From Octopus vulgaris (taxonomy: Eukaryota), in NCBI GenBank assembly GCA_951406725.2, contig OX597843.1:14012001-14076000 (forward strand): a stretch of 64,000 nt of DNA, given 5' to 3'. Both the position numbers and the translations under genes were made by a program. The notes beneath the pieces were generated by a model, which saw nothing but the letters and a program-made list of their open reading frames with translations, had not been told where the DNA came from and made no database searches. This document shows, piece after piece, positions 12,860 to 26,838 of this stretch (position 1 is its first letter; each line of letters starts with the position of its first letter).

Positions 12860-13508
12860 TTGAAGGAAATATCAAGAAAAAACCCATTGCTGGGGAGGAG
12901 GATGTTGTAGATAGAAGAATGGCTGCAGGGTGTTGGATTGAAATCTGAAACAGAAGGATTTATCTTAGCAGCACAAGATCAGAGTCTCCTCACTCGGAAC
13001 TATCAAGATAATGTCATATACAATGAGGTAGATGCAAAGTGTAGACTCTGCAATGACAAACTTGAGAGTATTGACCACATAGTTTCTGATTACTCAGTCC
13101 TTGCCCCCAGAGAATATAAAGCCAGGCACAGTCAAGTCGGTCAGTACTTGCACTGGAGAATATGGCATCACTATGGTATCCTGCACCCTAAGAACTGGTA
13201 TGAACACCATCCAGAGCCAGTCACTGAGGGAGAGAATGTTACCATCCTTTGGGATTATGGCATACATACAGACAGGCAAATAAATACTAACAGGTCAGAC
13301 ATTGTCATCAAAGACCTAAGACAAAAAAATGTCTGTCAATTGATATGACAATGCCTACTGAAAGAAACATCTCAGCAAAGGGATTTAAAAACTGTTGAAA
13401 TATAAGGACCTTGAGGTTGAGAGAAGTAGGATGTGGCAATTGAAAGCCAAAACCCTCCCTGTTGTTGTGGGTGCCCTGGGAATGATCAAGAAATGTAGTG
13501 ACAAATTT
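12860..13508 (+). mobile_element. R4/Dong-like LINE fragment (CCHC finger + REL endonuclease)
   Basis: ETEGFILAAQDQ..TRNY..CRLC....ESIDHIVS...RH...ILWD...NRSDIVI; frameshifted. Confidence 0.88.
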
Positions 13509-13519
13509 GTCAAAGTTGA

Positions 13520-14620
13520 TGATGCTGCAAGAGGTGCCACACCCTAAAGCAAATGTAGGGAGATTGTATATGAAAAGAAAGAATGGTGGCAGAGGACTGA
13601 TTAGTATAGAGCATTGTATAAGGAGTGAAAGGAGAACACTTGCTGAGTATTTGATAAATAGTGATGAAGACCTGCTGTAACGTGCCGCGAAAAATATGGG
13701 TGTAAATGCAGATGAAGTGATGGGCAAGGAAGAGTTTAACCAAAGAGCTGAGGAGACGAGAAAAGAAGACCTTCTTTAAATTAGAATGCATGGAGAGTTT
13801 GAAAGGAATAAACAGGACGTTAAGGATAATACAGCATCGTGGGCATGGCTTGAGCGAGGTGATTTGAAGCGTACCACTGAAAGCCTGATCATTGCTGCAC
13901 AAGACCAGGCTCTCGCTACCAAATCAGTGAAGTATAGCATCTATAAAACTTCTGACACCCAGAAATGCAGACTCTGTGGAAAGAGTGTGGAAAATGTGAC
14001 CCACTTGATAAGTGGATGTGAGAGCCTTGCACAAAAAGCATACAAGCACCGCCACGATAAAGTGTTTGTGTATCTTCATTGGCATTTATGCCATAAATAC
14101 CAATATGATGTAACAGAGAACTGGTATGAGTATGTACCAAGTAAAGTTATGCAGGAAGATGTACAAGTAACGATACTCTGGGACTATGATTTTCAGACGG
14201 ATCGTGTAGTCGAACACCGTCGGCCAGATGTTGTCATATTGAATAAGAGAGACAAATACTGTCAGATCATTGATGTAGCCATACCAAATGGCAACAATGT
14301 TGTGAGTAAAGGGGTTGAAAAAATCACCAAGTACTCCGAAATGAAAGCGGAAATGGCAAGATTGTATGGAATGCAAGAGGGTAAGGTAAAAGTGATACCA
14401 GTGGTGATCGGAGCGTTGGGCTCAATACCACTGAAACTTCAAGACTTTTTAAGACAACTGGAAATCCCATGCAAGATTTATGTCTTGCAAAAGCAGCCTC
14501 ATCGAGCACAACACACATCTTAAGAAAAGTATTATCTGTCTGAGGTCCTTGTTGTGACTTGACAGATGACTAAAGACTCCAGTGCCCTTTTGCCGACACT
14601 GTGTTACGAAGGAATAAATG

Positions 14621-14650
<30 letters not shown>
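13520..14650 (+). mobile_element. Second R4/Dong-like LINE 3' fragment with (AAT)n tail
   Basis: LYMKRKNGGRGL; AAQDQALAT; CRLC..ENVTHLISGC; HRH; RRPDVV..IIDVAIP; VIPVVIGALG; in-frame stops present. Confidence 0.9.
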
Positions 14651-14653
<3 letters not shown>

Positions 14654-15130
14654 GCATGTACATTATTTTGTCTTGGTATAAAAGATGGGTTTTACAGCAA
14701 ATATTCTGCTCAATACCACAGATTTGCTTGTCAGTTGTTTGACCTTAACCAGTTGAGTATGTCCCTTAGTGATTGACAATATGTGCATCTCTGATCACGA
14801 GCAGAAGTAGTGGGGGAGCATCATATCCATGTGTTGAGAGGGATTCTTTGGGGTTTGGATAATTCACCTCTGGAAACATGGGTGGTTCGTTTTGAGCAGG
14901 ATGGGTTACTCGACCAGAAGAAAATTCTAACTGGGCCCCACTTGCAAGGTCATGCGCTGTTTCTCTTGATATGAGATCACCATGTCGTGCACATATGGTT
15001 GTGATGCATGTGCCTGGTGTACCCTTATCAGACAGGTAGTCATGATGGGTATATTGGGCTTCGTATATTTTACCCCAGTGTCACTTTGATGGCATGCACT
15101 GCTCTCTCTCACTCAATAATAATAATAATA
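14654..15130 (+). mobile_element. (AAT)n-tailed retroelement 3' segment; copies at 16455-17110 and 38268-38725, inverted piece at 16330-16454
   Basis: Near-identical copies, all adjoining AAT/GAT microsatellites. Confidence 0.8.
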
Positions 15131-16290
15131 ATATAATAATAATAGTAATCCTTTCTATGATAAGTAGAGGGGCCGAAGTTTTGTGGAAGGGAGATAGTCA
15201 ATTACAACGACCCCAGTACCTTAATGGTACTTATTTACTGACCCTGAAAGGAATGATAATAATAATGGTTTCTAATTTAGTGCATTGTGCCAGCAATTTT
15301 GAGGGGTGGGGCATAATGCCATTGATCCCGTTTCTTCATTGGTCCTATATTTTATCAAGCTCAGAAAGATGAAATGCAGATTCACCTCAGCAGGATTTGA
15401 TCTCAGATTCTAAAGGATCAGAGCAAATACTGCAAGGCACTTTTTTAACTGATTCTGTAGCAATTCTGCCGATCCATCTGAAGATGGTGGGCATGGTGAT
15501 GATGATGGTGGTGGTGGTGGTGGTGGTAGCGATGTTGAAGATGATGAAGATGATGGTGGTGATAATGATGATAGTGAAGATGATGATGATGATGATGATG
15601 AGGAGGAGGAGGATAACTACAATGAAAATAATGATGATGGTCACAATGACAACAACAATGAATATAATGATGGTGATGGCGTTTGTAATGGCTTATTATG
15701 TGTGTGTGTGTGTGTGTATGTATATATATATATATATATATATACACACAGATACGCATACATTTATCCATCATCGAAACACCCCCCCCCCCCCCATCAC
15801 CTTTTACCCTGTTGACACTCCCCCACCCCCTCCACCCCCACCGCCTCCACCAGAGGCTGGTATCTTACTCACTCATTCATCATCTGTGATTCATGTTCTT
15901 ACTCATCCACTATATCTACTTATAATTATGTACACACACACACACACGCTCACATGCACACACATATGTATGTAGATGTATAGGAAGGAGTGGTGACAAG
16001 TTGCTGGTTTTAGGTAAAAGAAAACACAGAAGGATCAGTTGCTCGTGATTTTCTGCAACATATTCCACCCCCGCCGCCGCCCCCTCAGATTCACACGCTT
16101 ATTGCAGTGGTCCTTCAGTTTTTCTAAGCCTCTCCCCTCAAAATTGCTGGCACAATGCACTAAATTAGAAACCATTATTATTATCATTCCTTTCAGGGTC
16201 AGTAAATAAGTACCAGTAGGGTACTGGGGTCGTTGTAATTGACTATCTCCCTTCCATAAAATTTCGGCACCTCTACTTATCATAGAAAGG

Positions 16291-16332
<42 letters not shown>

Positions 16333-17026
16333 GAGTGAGAGAGCAGTGCATGCCATCAAAGTGACACTGGGGTACAAATATATGAAGCCCAGTATACCCA
16401 TCATGACTACCCGTCTGATAAGGGTACACCAGGCACATGCATCACAACCATATGGGTCAGTAAATAATTGCCCTGATGCTGTACCAGGCAGTGGCTCTCG
16501 TGGCTTCTGATCTTAACTGATTGGAAGTGTTATCATGTACATTGTTTTGTCTTGGTATAAAAGATGGGCTACAGCAAATATTCTGCTCAATACCACAGAT
16601 TTGCTTGTCAGTTGTTTGACCGTAACCAGTTGAGCATGTCCCTTAGTGGCTGACGATATGTGCATCTCTGATCACGAGCAAAAGTAGTGGGGGAGCATCA
16701 TAGCCATGTGTTGAGAAGGATTCTTTGGGGTTTGAATAATTCACCTCTGGAAACATGGGTGGTTCGTTCAACATCCTTAAACAAACCTTTATTCAGGGTC
16801 CTTTTGAGTGGGATGGGTTACTCGACCTGAAGAAAATTCTAACTGGGCTCCACCTGCAAGGTCATGCGCTGTTTATCTTGATATGAGATCACCATGTCGC
16901 ATACATATGGTTGTGATGCATGTACCTGGTGTACCCCTATCAGACGGGTAGTCATAATGGGTATACTGGGCTTCGTATATTTTATCCCAGTGTCACTTTG
17001 ATGGCATGCACTGCTCTCTCTCACTC

Positions 17027-17109
<83 letters not shown>

Positions 17110-17110
<1 letters not shown>

Positions 17111-17607
17111 CAGCAAAGACCTAAGTCAAAAAACATGCTTGTTAATTGCTATGACAATGCCGACTGAAAATAAATACTAACAGGTCAGACATTGTCATCA
17201 AAGACCTAAGACAAAAATATGTCTGTCAATTGATATGACAATGCCTACTGAAAGAGACATCTCAGCAAAGGGATTTAAAAAACTGTTGAAATATAAGGAC
17301 CTTGAGGTTGAGAGAAGTAGGATGTGGCAATTAAAAGCCAAAACCCTCCCTGTTGTTGTGGGTGCCCTGGGAATGATCAAGAAATGTAGTGACAAATTTT
17401 TGGACCAGATTCCTGGGAAACCAACAGTCTATGAGACTCAGACAATTGGGTTGACATCAGCCACCCACATTCTCCGGATGTTTCTCTCCATCAAATATAT
17501 ATGTGCCTTAGGTCTCTGGTTGAGACCCGGTTGGAAGATGAAATAAAATGCAAATCAATTGGAAAATAAGGACAACAACAACAACAACAATAATAACAAT
17601 AATGATG

Positions 17608-17646
<39 letters not shown>

Positions 17647-17650
17647 GCTA
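17110..17650 (+). mobile_element. R4/Dong-like 3' end continuing the 12860 element
   Basis: KYKDLEVERSRMWQLKAKTLPVVVGALGMI; duplicates 13278-13508; AAC/AAT tail. Confidence 0.85.
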
Positions 17651-17920
17651 CAACAGTAAAAATAGGTAGAATACAAACAAAATTAATGATGAGGAGGATA
17701 AAATAGCATTAGGGGTGAAAGAGGAAGTACAGCAGACAAAGGGAATAAAATGCCTGAATGAATTGGAAGGGGTGGTATTGAAGCTAATCGGAATGGTTCC
17801 TGGTGACCTTAGAATTTGAAATGGCAAGGCATAAAAAATATATAGTCAAAAGGGATGGGCAGGCCTCAAGGAATTAAAATACAAATCTAAATTTATGAAG
17901 GAAACCAAAGTACAGGCTCA

Positions 17921-18295
17921 GAAGTGGCTGTGTGGTAAGAAGCTTGCTTCCCAACCACATGGTTCTGGGTTCAGTCCCACTGCATGGCACTTTGGGTAAG
18001 TGTCTTCTACTATAGCCTTGTGAGTGGATTTGGTAGATGGAAACTGAAAGAATCTCTTTGTATGTGTGTGTGTGTTTGTGCCTCTCTTTGACCACCCACC
18101 ACCACTTGACAACTGGTGTTGGTGTGTTTACATCCCTCGAGTTTAGCAGTGTGGCAAAAGAGACGAAGAGGACAAGAATCAGGCTTTCAGAATAACAAAG
18201 TAAGTATGGAAGCTGATTTACCCAACTAATAATTCTTCAAGGCACTGCCCCAGCATGGCCACAGTCAAATGACTGAAACAAGCAAGAGGTAAAAG
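17921..18295 (+). mobile_element. SINE family A
   Basis: Similar to 2932-3330. Confidence 0.8.
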
Positions 18296-18359
18296 ATGTA
18301 TATGTTGAAACAAACTCTGAGCAGAGAATGAAATCTATCTATCTATCTATCTATCTATC

Positions 18360-18865
18360 CACTCAGTCGAAGTCGACTCTCGGTCACTCGTTGGATCAGT
18401 GTCCTCCAGTCAGTTCTATCCTGGGCCGCTTCTTTCAGACTGGCTATGTCCATTCCGATATCACTCTTGATGATGTCAAGCCAGCGGGTTCTTGGTCAGC
18501 CTCTTCCTCTCTTGCCACTGACCATTCCGAGCATGATGTCCTTCTGCAGGGACTTTCTCTGCATAATATGACCGAAATATGCCAATCTATGCTTGGTGAT
18601 CCTAGCTTCTAGCGACATTTTCTTCTCCAACACCAAAGCTCGAATGCATTAATTCTCTTCTGGTCAGCTTTCTTTAGTGTCCAGGTCTCGCATCCATATG
18701 TTGCTATTGGGAAGACAATTGCATTCACCAATCTGCATTTGGTAGCGAGTCTGATGTCTCTACTCTTCCAGACCCTGCTCATGCTGACCATTGCCTCTCT
18801 GCCTTGTGCTATCCACCGTCTTATTTCTGGAGTGCAGTCACCATCTCGATTTATTTTGGAGCCGA
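18360..18865 (-). mobile_element. RTE-1-like LINE fragment (region C-terminal to RT)
   Basis: YFGSKINRDGDCTPEIRR...VFPIATYGCETWTLKKADQKRINAFELWCWRR. Confidence 0.88.
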
Positions 18866-19275
18866 AATAAAGTGGAATTAAAACAGAATCGGGAAAACTA
18901 TAAAAGAGGGGACAGACGGGTGTTGGAAGCAGGATTGGCTCCGAAACAATGGTAAATGGTCCCGAAAGATGTGCTGAACTCTTTCTTTGTCTTCTTTTGT
19001 GTGTGTGTGTGTGGGGAGGGGGTGAGTAAGGCATTGAGCTGGCAGAGTTGTTAGCATGCCAGGTAAAACACTTAGCAACATTTTGGTTATCCTTATATTC
19101 TGAGTTCAAATTCTGTTGTGGTTGGCTTTATCTTCTGCCCTTTAAGGGTAGATAAAATAAATACCAGTTGACTGCTGGGTCAAATTAATTGACTTGCCCC
19201 CTCCCCTCAAATCTCAGGCTTTGTGCTTATAGTAGAAAAGATTTTATATGTATATTTGTACAGACATACACACAT

Positions 19276-19590
19276 ACAAGGGGCTACTGAGAAGTTCCTG
19301 GCTTTGGGCAAAAGAAAATACAGGAGAATCAGTTAAAATATAATTTTAATCAACATATTCCCCTCTCAGATTTACACACTTATTGCAGTGGTCCTTCAGT
19401 TTTTCTGAGCCCTGTAAAAAGAACTTGGAAGGTTGAGCCTCCAACCAGGCCCCTGTAGCAGCAAATACTTCTGAATCAGAGTGAAATTTTGTTCCCTTGT
19501 GAAAAGAAGTGATGGTTGGAAGAGACCAAGTCAGGAGAGTAAGGTCAGTGGTCGACCAATTCATAGCCAAAGTCATATATTTTCCATAGA
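19276..19590 (-). mobile_element. mariner transposase 3' remnant
   Basis: FFLQGSEKLKDHCNKCVNLRGEYVD C-terminus next to a TIR-like end. Confidence 0.75.
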
Positions 19591-19965
19591 GTATCATGTG
19601 CTGTGTGTGCTGGTATTAAGTCAAGTACATCAAAATGAAAATCAAATGGAAATTGTAGTTGTGATCCCCATGCCGGTGGCACGTAAAAAGCACCATCCGA
19701 ACAGTGGCATGTAAAAAACACCAGCTGATCGTGGTCATTGCCAGCCTCTTCTGACCCCTGTGCCGGTGGCACGTAAAAAACACCCACTACGCTCTCGGAG
19801 TGGTTGGCATTAGGAAGGGCATCCAGCAGTAGAAACACTGCCAGATCAGACTGGAGCCTTGTGCAGCCACCTGGCTTCGAACCGTCCAACCCATGCTAGC
19901 ATGGAAAACGGACGTTAAATGATGATGATGATGATAGAGAGAAAGATAGATAGATAGATAGATAA

Positions 19966-20002
<37 letters not shown>

Positions 20003-20427
20003 TGGATAGATAGATAGATAGATAGACCCATATATATATTATCTAATCCCTGTTATATTCCCCAATTTCCTACTCTTTTACTCTTTCCATCTTTCCCTGC
20101 TCCCTTTACCCCTGCTTGCTCCTCTCTCTCTACTTATATAATCTCTATTTATTCTTCTTGTCTTATTTGCTTTACTTTTCTTTAAAGATTTCTGCACCTC
20201 CCTTCTTAGACTTAACGTTTCTTCAGTCTCTTCTCAACACACTCCTGGAATGTTTATGCGGCTTCCAGAAATCTGAGAATCTTGTGCCGTATTCTGTACC
20301 CTGTATTGAGTACGTAGACCCTATTTTTTAAGTTGGTTAATTTGCATACGATGTGCTTATAATAGTTTTGTCCTCTTTTTTCTTAATGTGGATTGATTAT
20401 AATTAAACATACTCTGCTTTAAAAATG

Positions 20428-20840
20428 GGATCTTTTCGGTTTGACCGGCAGTTTTTTAAAATAATTTCCACGTAACTAAACACTTTTTTACTTGGTATAC
20501 TGGTAGAATGTGTTTATAAAACATCTTTTTCTCTTGGCTTTTTTAAGAAAATTCTATACTTTGTAAGATATTTGGTGGGTTTTTTCTTCAGTTTCTGCAA
20601 TTTCAACTAATCAATGACGTCTATTGAGGTGAAAATATTGTGTGCCGTATGAATATGTCCCTCGTTTAAGAAACAGATTGGGTTTATTTACATTTCTGAA
20701 GAAAAAAAAAAGATACCCTTCCCCCACCCCTAACCCTAAAACAGATTGAAATGCAATAGATCGATACTAGGGTTATAATTATGGGTGACAATTTCATATG
20801 AGGCCGCTAGAAAAAACTGCCGTTCAAACCGAAAAGATCC
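20428..20840. mobile_element. MITE with GGATCTTTTCGGTTTGA TIRs and 8-bp TSD (Merlin-like)
   Basis: About 30-bp TIRs; TSD TAAAAATG on both sides. Confidence 0.85.
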
Positions 20841-21139
20841 TAAAAATGTATTAATTTGTACCTAAATCTGTTAAGTAAAAATCATAATCTTTACTTTTGC
20901 TCATTTAATTCTCATCCTGTAAGCATCTTGCAGAATTCATGGCACATGTGATATATTTTAAGAATTATCAGCAGATTAATAAATATCAAACAGAGCCTGC
21001 TTTAGAAATGTATTGAATACAATTTAGTTCTTGACTTTTCACAGTTTATTTTATATTTCAAGTGTTTATTTAGATTGTCTCCAGAAAACTAGAAAATCCA
21101 GAAATCCGGGACACTTCCGGTCCCAAGCTTGTCAGATAT

Positions 21140-22500
21140 TTGCTCCGTTACTCTATATCTAATCCCTCCGCTTCCTTTCTCTCTCTCTCTCTCTCTCGCC
21201 TCATTCCTCCTTTAATTTATTTCCCCTCTTTCTCACACTCTCTCGTTTGCTTTTACTCTCACTCACCTCTTCCCCTCATTTATCTTTCTGTCTTTCGGTT
21301 TCTACATCTGATTCCCCCTCTCTATCTGTGTTCATCTTCCCTCTTTTACCTTTCCCTCCTCCTTCTCCTTCTCCTCCCTATATGTACTCACATATTGATT
21401 TGGTTTGTCCGTCTCACTCCCCTTCTTTCTCGCTCTGATTACTCTCACTACTGCTTTTGTTCTATTTTACACTCCTCACTCACTCGCTTCCTTCTATATG
21501 TCTTCCTCTTTTTCTTCTCTCTCCTCCCCCCTTTTCGTATCTGCTTTACTCTTCCTTTCCCTCTCTCTAGATCTTTTTCTAACGTCCCTCACTCCACCTC
21601 TATTAACTCTAGATCTATTTTACTCTCTTCCCTCCCTCTCTGTAACGCTACCTCATTCTCCTCTCCCTCTGTCTAAATCTACATAACTCTCTTCCACCCT
21701 CTGTCTAGATCTACCTCACTCGTTTCCTCCTCTCTAGATTTAGTATACTTTCTTTCAGCCTCCCTATACCTCTACCTCACTCTCTCACAGTATTTTTACT
21801 CTTTTTCTAGCTTCGTCCTGTGATGCTATCCCCTTCTCTCTCCCTACTTTTTTACTCTTACTCTCTCTCTAGATATACCATATCCTTCTTTCACTCCAAC
21901 CCTCTCTCTAGAGTTATATTACTCCCCTTCAGTCACTCCTACTCTTCTTCTCTCTCTAGATTTTCGCTCTTTCTGTCACCCTCTCGTCTTTGTACCTCCT
22001 GCCCTTTCTCTAAAAGTATTTTTGCTTTCCGTTACTTCTACTCTCTCTGTCTCTCCGTCTCTCTCTCTCTCTTCGTCTTTTACACTGTCTCCCTCCCTCT
22101 CTACCAAACTCTTCTTTCACTCCCACTGCCACTCTCCCGCAATTCGTCCATCTACACCGTTTTCTCTCCCTCCCTCATTAAGCAATACTGTCTCTCCTTC
22201 TCCCTCCCTAACTCAGCCATACTCTCTCTCCCCGTCCCTCACAACCATGTTGCTTCTCTTAGCCTTTCCTTTCCTCACTAAGCCACACTCTCTCTCCCTC
22301 CCTCACTAAGCGATACCAGCTTTCTCTCTCCCTCACTAAGCCACACACTCTCTCTGTCTATATCTATGTCTATCTCTCTCCATCTCTATACTATAAGACA
22401 GATAGCCAGCCATAGTGGTGTGTTGTGTAGATCTCTCTGTCTCTCTGTCCCACCCCCTACAGGGACAGACGTTTCCCTCTCTCTCTCTCTCCTCTCTCTG
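21140..22500. repeat. CT-rich low-complexity tract upstream of the HIP1 start codon
   Basis: Strong pyrimidine bias on + strand. Confidence 0.8.
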
Positions 22501-22523
22501 TTGTTAGTGAAACGGAGAAGGAA

Positions 22524-22610
22524 ATGTCGTCTTTACATTTACCAAGAGTAATTAGTCAACGAGGAAAGACAGCCGTGGAAGTTGAGAGGGAGAACTTCGA
22601 GAAAGCTCAG
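22524..22610 (+). CDS. HIP1: HIP1/HIP1R (Sla2 family) coding exon 1
   Basis: ATG-initiated 87 nt encoding MSSLHLPRVISQRGKTAVEVERENFEKAQ, like the HIP1 N-terminus (..ERESFERTQ); strong donor CAG|GTGAGT, phase 0. Confidence 0.88.
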
Positions 22611-23492
22611 GTGAGTGACCCCTCATAACAACAACAACAACAACCGTAATAACGGTGAAGATGATGAGAATGATGGCGATGATGATGATGATGATGATTG
22701 ATGTTCGGGTGATGATGTGCACACTTTTAATGTATGTAAGTGTGTCTATGCACACATATATATATACATATATATATATATACGTATATATATATATATA
22801 TGTATGTATATATATATATGTATATGTATGTATATATATATGTGTGTGTGTGTGTGTATGTATATATGTATGATACATGTGTGTATATAGACACTTTGCG
22901 AGGCAATTGGAAGGTTCATAAATTATTTTATACGTAAATGTGTGTATATACTGTAAGATTTATATATATATATATATATATAGCTTGTATATATACTGAG
23001 ATTTATATATCCTATCCTAACAAACGATTCTGCACTATATATATATATATATATACACATATATATATATATGTATATAGCTTGTATATATACAAATTCA
23101 TTAAATCGTTCTTCATATTATATATACATATATTTGGTTCTGTCGGTGCGTGATTAATATATATGTGTTTGTGTGTAATTGCTCATATATATGGTGCCTA
23201 GATATCGATATATAGATGTACAGATAGCTATATATGTCTACATATATATATATAACCCTGTGTGTGTATATATATATATATATATATACACATACAATGG
23301 AAGATTGCAGGCCACTACATCTCAGATTGACTTTTATATTCCTCATCAACAGCCAAATGAAATAATTCCAGGCTTGACCTCGACATAATTTGAACCCAGA
23401 ACAGAGAAATAACGACATTAGATTCCTCCAACAACTTATATTGCCCGTCCCATCCTCATATATACACATTATATCATTATATATATATATAT

Positions 23493-23524
<32 letters not shown>

Positions 23525-23587
23525 GTGTGTGTGTCTTTGTTTCAGATTGTAGATATCGAAATAGGCATTCGTATATCTGTGTGTGTA

Positions 23588-23635
<48 letters not shown>

Positions 23636-23805
23636 CACATGCGTGCATGTGTATATATTTATTTGACTATATATTCGTGTTTGAATTTGGGTATATATTC
23701 GGTCTGTTTCTCTCTCTCTCTCTCACATATTCGAGTGTGTGCGTGTGCAGACATATATTTTGAAATATACATTCGTGTATGTGTATTTGCCCATAGATGT
23801 GTGTA

Positions 23806-23848
<43 letters not shown>

Positions 23849-23996
23849 GTACGCGTATATTCGAATGTGTATATATTGATGTAGAGATCCGTGTGTTTGT
23901 GTGTGTATATACATACACATATCCGTGAATAAGTATATTGTGTGTGTGTTTGTGAATATACACATGTATTCGTGTGTGGGTATACATGTACATATA

Positions 23997-24027
<31 letters not shown>

Positions 24028-26404
24028 GTGTGTGTGTGTGTGTATTTACACGCACATATAAGGAGTTTGTAGCTGTGAGTGTTTATGTATCACCACCACA
24101 CGCGCATCTATGTTCTGGAATAAGGTGGCGTGAGTCCTCATCCATCCGTCCGCTTGAATATCATTTCACTAACTCCCCCCCCCCCGCCTCCATCCCTACA
24201 CGCATTATAGAGACAAGATAGCCGAGTGGATACGGATTTTGAACATGACCTTTTCTCGTGAGTTCAAATCTATTTCGCAGACATCTTTTTTTCTTCTTTT
24301 TTTCCTCCATCAGGCATTATGTTTATTTCATTGTCATAACCCCCCCCCCCTCAATTCGCTTTTCCACTTAACTCTGTTGATCGTGGTTTCATATTGCATG
24401 GAAGTAGTGCTCTCTTAAGGATGCTCTGGGCAGTTGCACGGGATCCCACGTATTCTGGTGCCCTAATCTGGTCTATGTATGTCATGTGATTTGCTGTCAA
24501 TAAATTCTATAGGGCTCAGCGCAAGGATTTGCCTGGTGTTGTTATGACGGACCGGCTCAACAGTGCCCTCTTAAGGCATGGGTACTCTGGGCAAATACCC
24601 GGGAGTCTCACGGACCCAGGGACCCAATTCTAAACTATGTATGTTATATGATTTGCTGTCGATACATAAATAAATGCTGTAGGGTCCAGCGCATTGGTTT
24701 ACCTGGGGGCATCGCGGATCTAGGGCCCCAGTTCTGATCTATGTATGTTATGTAGTTTTCTGTCAATCAATAAATTCTACAGGGCTCAGTGCAAGGGTTT
24801 GTCTGGTAGGGGTCTATAATGTTGCAAAGACTGGTCTGCCTAGAGGACAAGGAAGGTTTGTTTCTGGTCAATTTATACATGAATCCTCACCTCTCGTTCC
24901 TGAGTGTCCTGAGGTGGGCCTCACCACAGCCTTTCCTCACTTCAAAAAAAATCTTCTTGCACAGGCATTGCATGATAACAACATTGTTTATGATTGTTGA
25001 TGGTGCTGTGAGTCTCAACTGAATGGCTGGCTGTAGCCTTATAAAGCGAATAAAAGTCACATTCGATCACAGCACCAATAACAGTTGAGCTTCGTGCAAT
25101 GGCCATACTCGATAATGAGGGGGCAGCCATCATCATGACATGGTTACACTATATACAATGTTAACTTGTATTCTGGGAAATACAGTACCTTTTCATTGAT
25201 CCCTAAAAAGATGAGAGGCATAATCGACCTTGGCAGGATTTGAACTCAGCATACAAGGCATCAGAATAGTTACCACAATGCATCTGACCCTCGAATCGTT
25301 CTGCCAGTTTCCACCTAGGATTTGTACTGTGTTTTCCATCATACGTGCCAGTGTCGGGTAAACGGCACTCATGGAATTGTAATCATAGCTGTTGCTGGTT
25401 GCATGATCTTTGAACCTCACAGAGGCAATGACGAGTGACCGAGACCATTGGTGATATGCTGTGCTTAAGACTCATCAAGCCAGGTGAAACCATAGTCGTG
25501 GCTATTGCCAGTATTAAGTAAATGGCACCTGGGCTGGTGGCACGCAAAAAGCCTCCATTACACTCCTGGAGTGGTTGGCATATTAGGAAATGCATCCAGC
25601 CATAGAAGCCATGCCAAGTCAGACTGGAACCTGGTGCAGCTCTTTGGCTTACCAGTTCCAAACTGTCTCATGTCAGCATGGAGAGCGGATGTTAAATGAT
25701 GATGATGATGAGTTTTCGGACCAAAATTTACAGCCCCCAAAAGGTAGGCTGTCTTGTATGCCAAGACAACTGAGGAGGGCCAAAAATTCCATGTGAAATG
25801 CAGCAGGATTTGGAAGGACATGATGGTGTATGAGGGTTTGTACTACATACTACATTCACTGGTAGACTAGGGGTGCCGATATAACCAACTCTGGGATTGT
25901 AGATACATGCTGCAGAGTGAAATGGGTGTGTCATGGTTCAAAGTGAATTTCTTGACCATTCTACCACAACACCTTTCATCCAATGTGGACATTGTTTAAT
26001 TACATATCATCATCATTGTTTAACGTCCGTTCTCCATGGGTTGGACAATTTGACCGGGGATCTGGGAAGCCAGGAGGCTGCACCAGGCTCCAGTCTGATC
26101 TGGCAGTGTTTCTGCAGCTGGATGCCCTTCCTAACGCCAACCACTCCGGCACAGGTGCCAGAGGTGGCTGGCAATGGCTATGATCGGTTGGTGCTTTTAT
26201 GTGTCACTGACACAACAAGCTGTGTCCATGATTGACTACGTTTTCGCCTATGTTCACCACACCTTGCACTTCCCTCCATCCCTATTTCTTCCCATGGTGG
26301 GTATTTTGATTAATGAGAGAGATGGAAGATACGAAAATGTTAATTGATCAATACAATTATTTCAACCCAATAAACACTCTTGTATCTTCCATCTCTCTCA
26401 TTTA

Positions 26405-26436
<32 letters not shown>

Positions 26437-26438
<2 letters not shown>

Positions 26439-26838
26439 TACTTGTTTTCAGTCATTTGACTGCGGCCATGCTGGAGCACCGCCTTTTAGTCGAGCAAATC
26501 GACCCCGGGACTTATTGTTTGTAAGCCCAGTACTTATTCTATCGGTCTCTTTTGCCGAACCGCTAAGTGACGGGGACGTAAACACACCAGCATCGGTTGT
26601 CAAGCAATGCTAGGGAAACAAACACAGACACACAAACATATTCACACACACTTATATATATATATATACATATATACGACAGGCTTCTTTCAGTTTCCGT
26701 CTACCAAATCCACTCACAAGGCATTGGTCGGCCCGGGGCTATAGCAGAAGACACTTGCCCAAGATGCCACGCAGTGGAACTGAACCCGGAACCATGTGGT
26801 TGGTTAGCAAGCTACTTACCACACAGCCACTCCTGCGC
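26437..26838 (-). mobile_element. SINE family A, full length
   Basis: Reverse complement of 2932-3330. Confidence 0.85.

Noticed and set aside
20725-20740. Telomeric CCCTAA repeat
   Set aside because: Only two units and internal to a MITE
21085-21135. CACTTCCGG ETS-like promoter motif
   Set aside because: Context resembles a Tigger-type transposon end; no independent support
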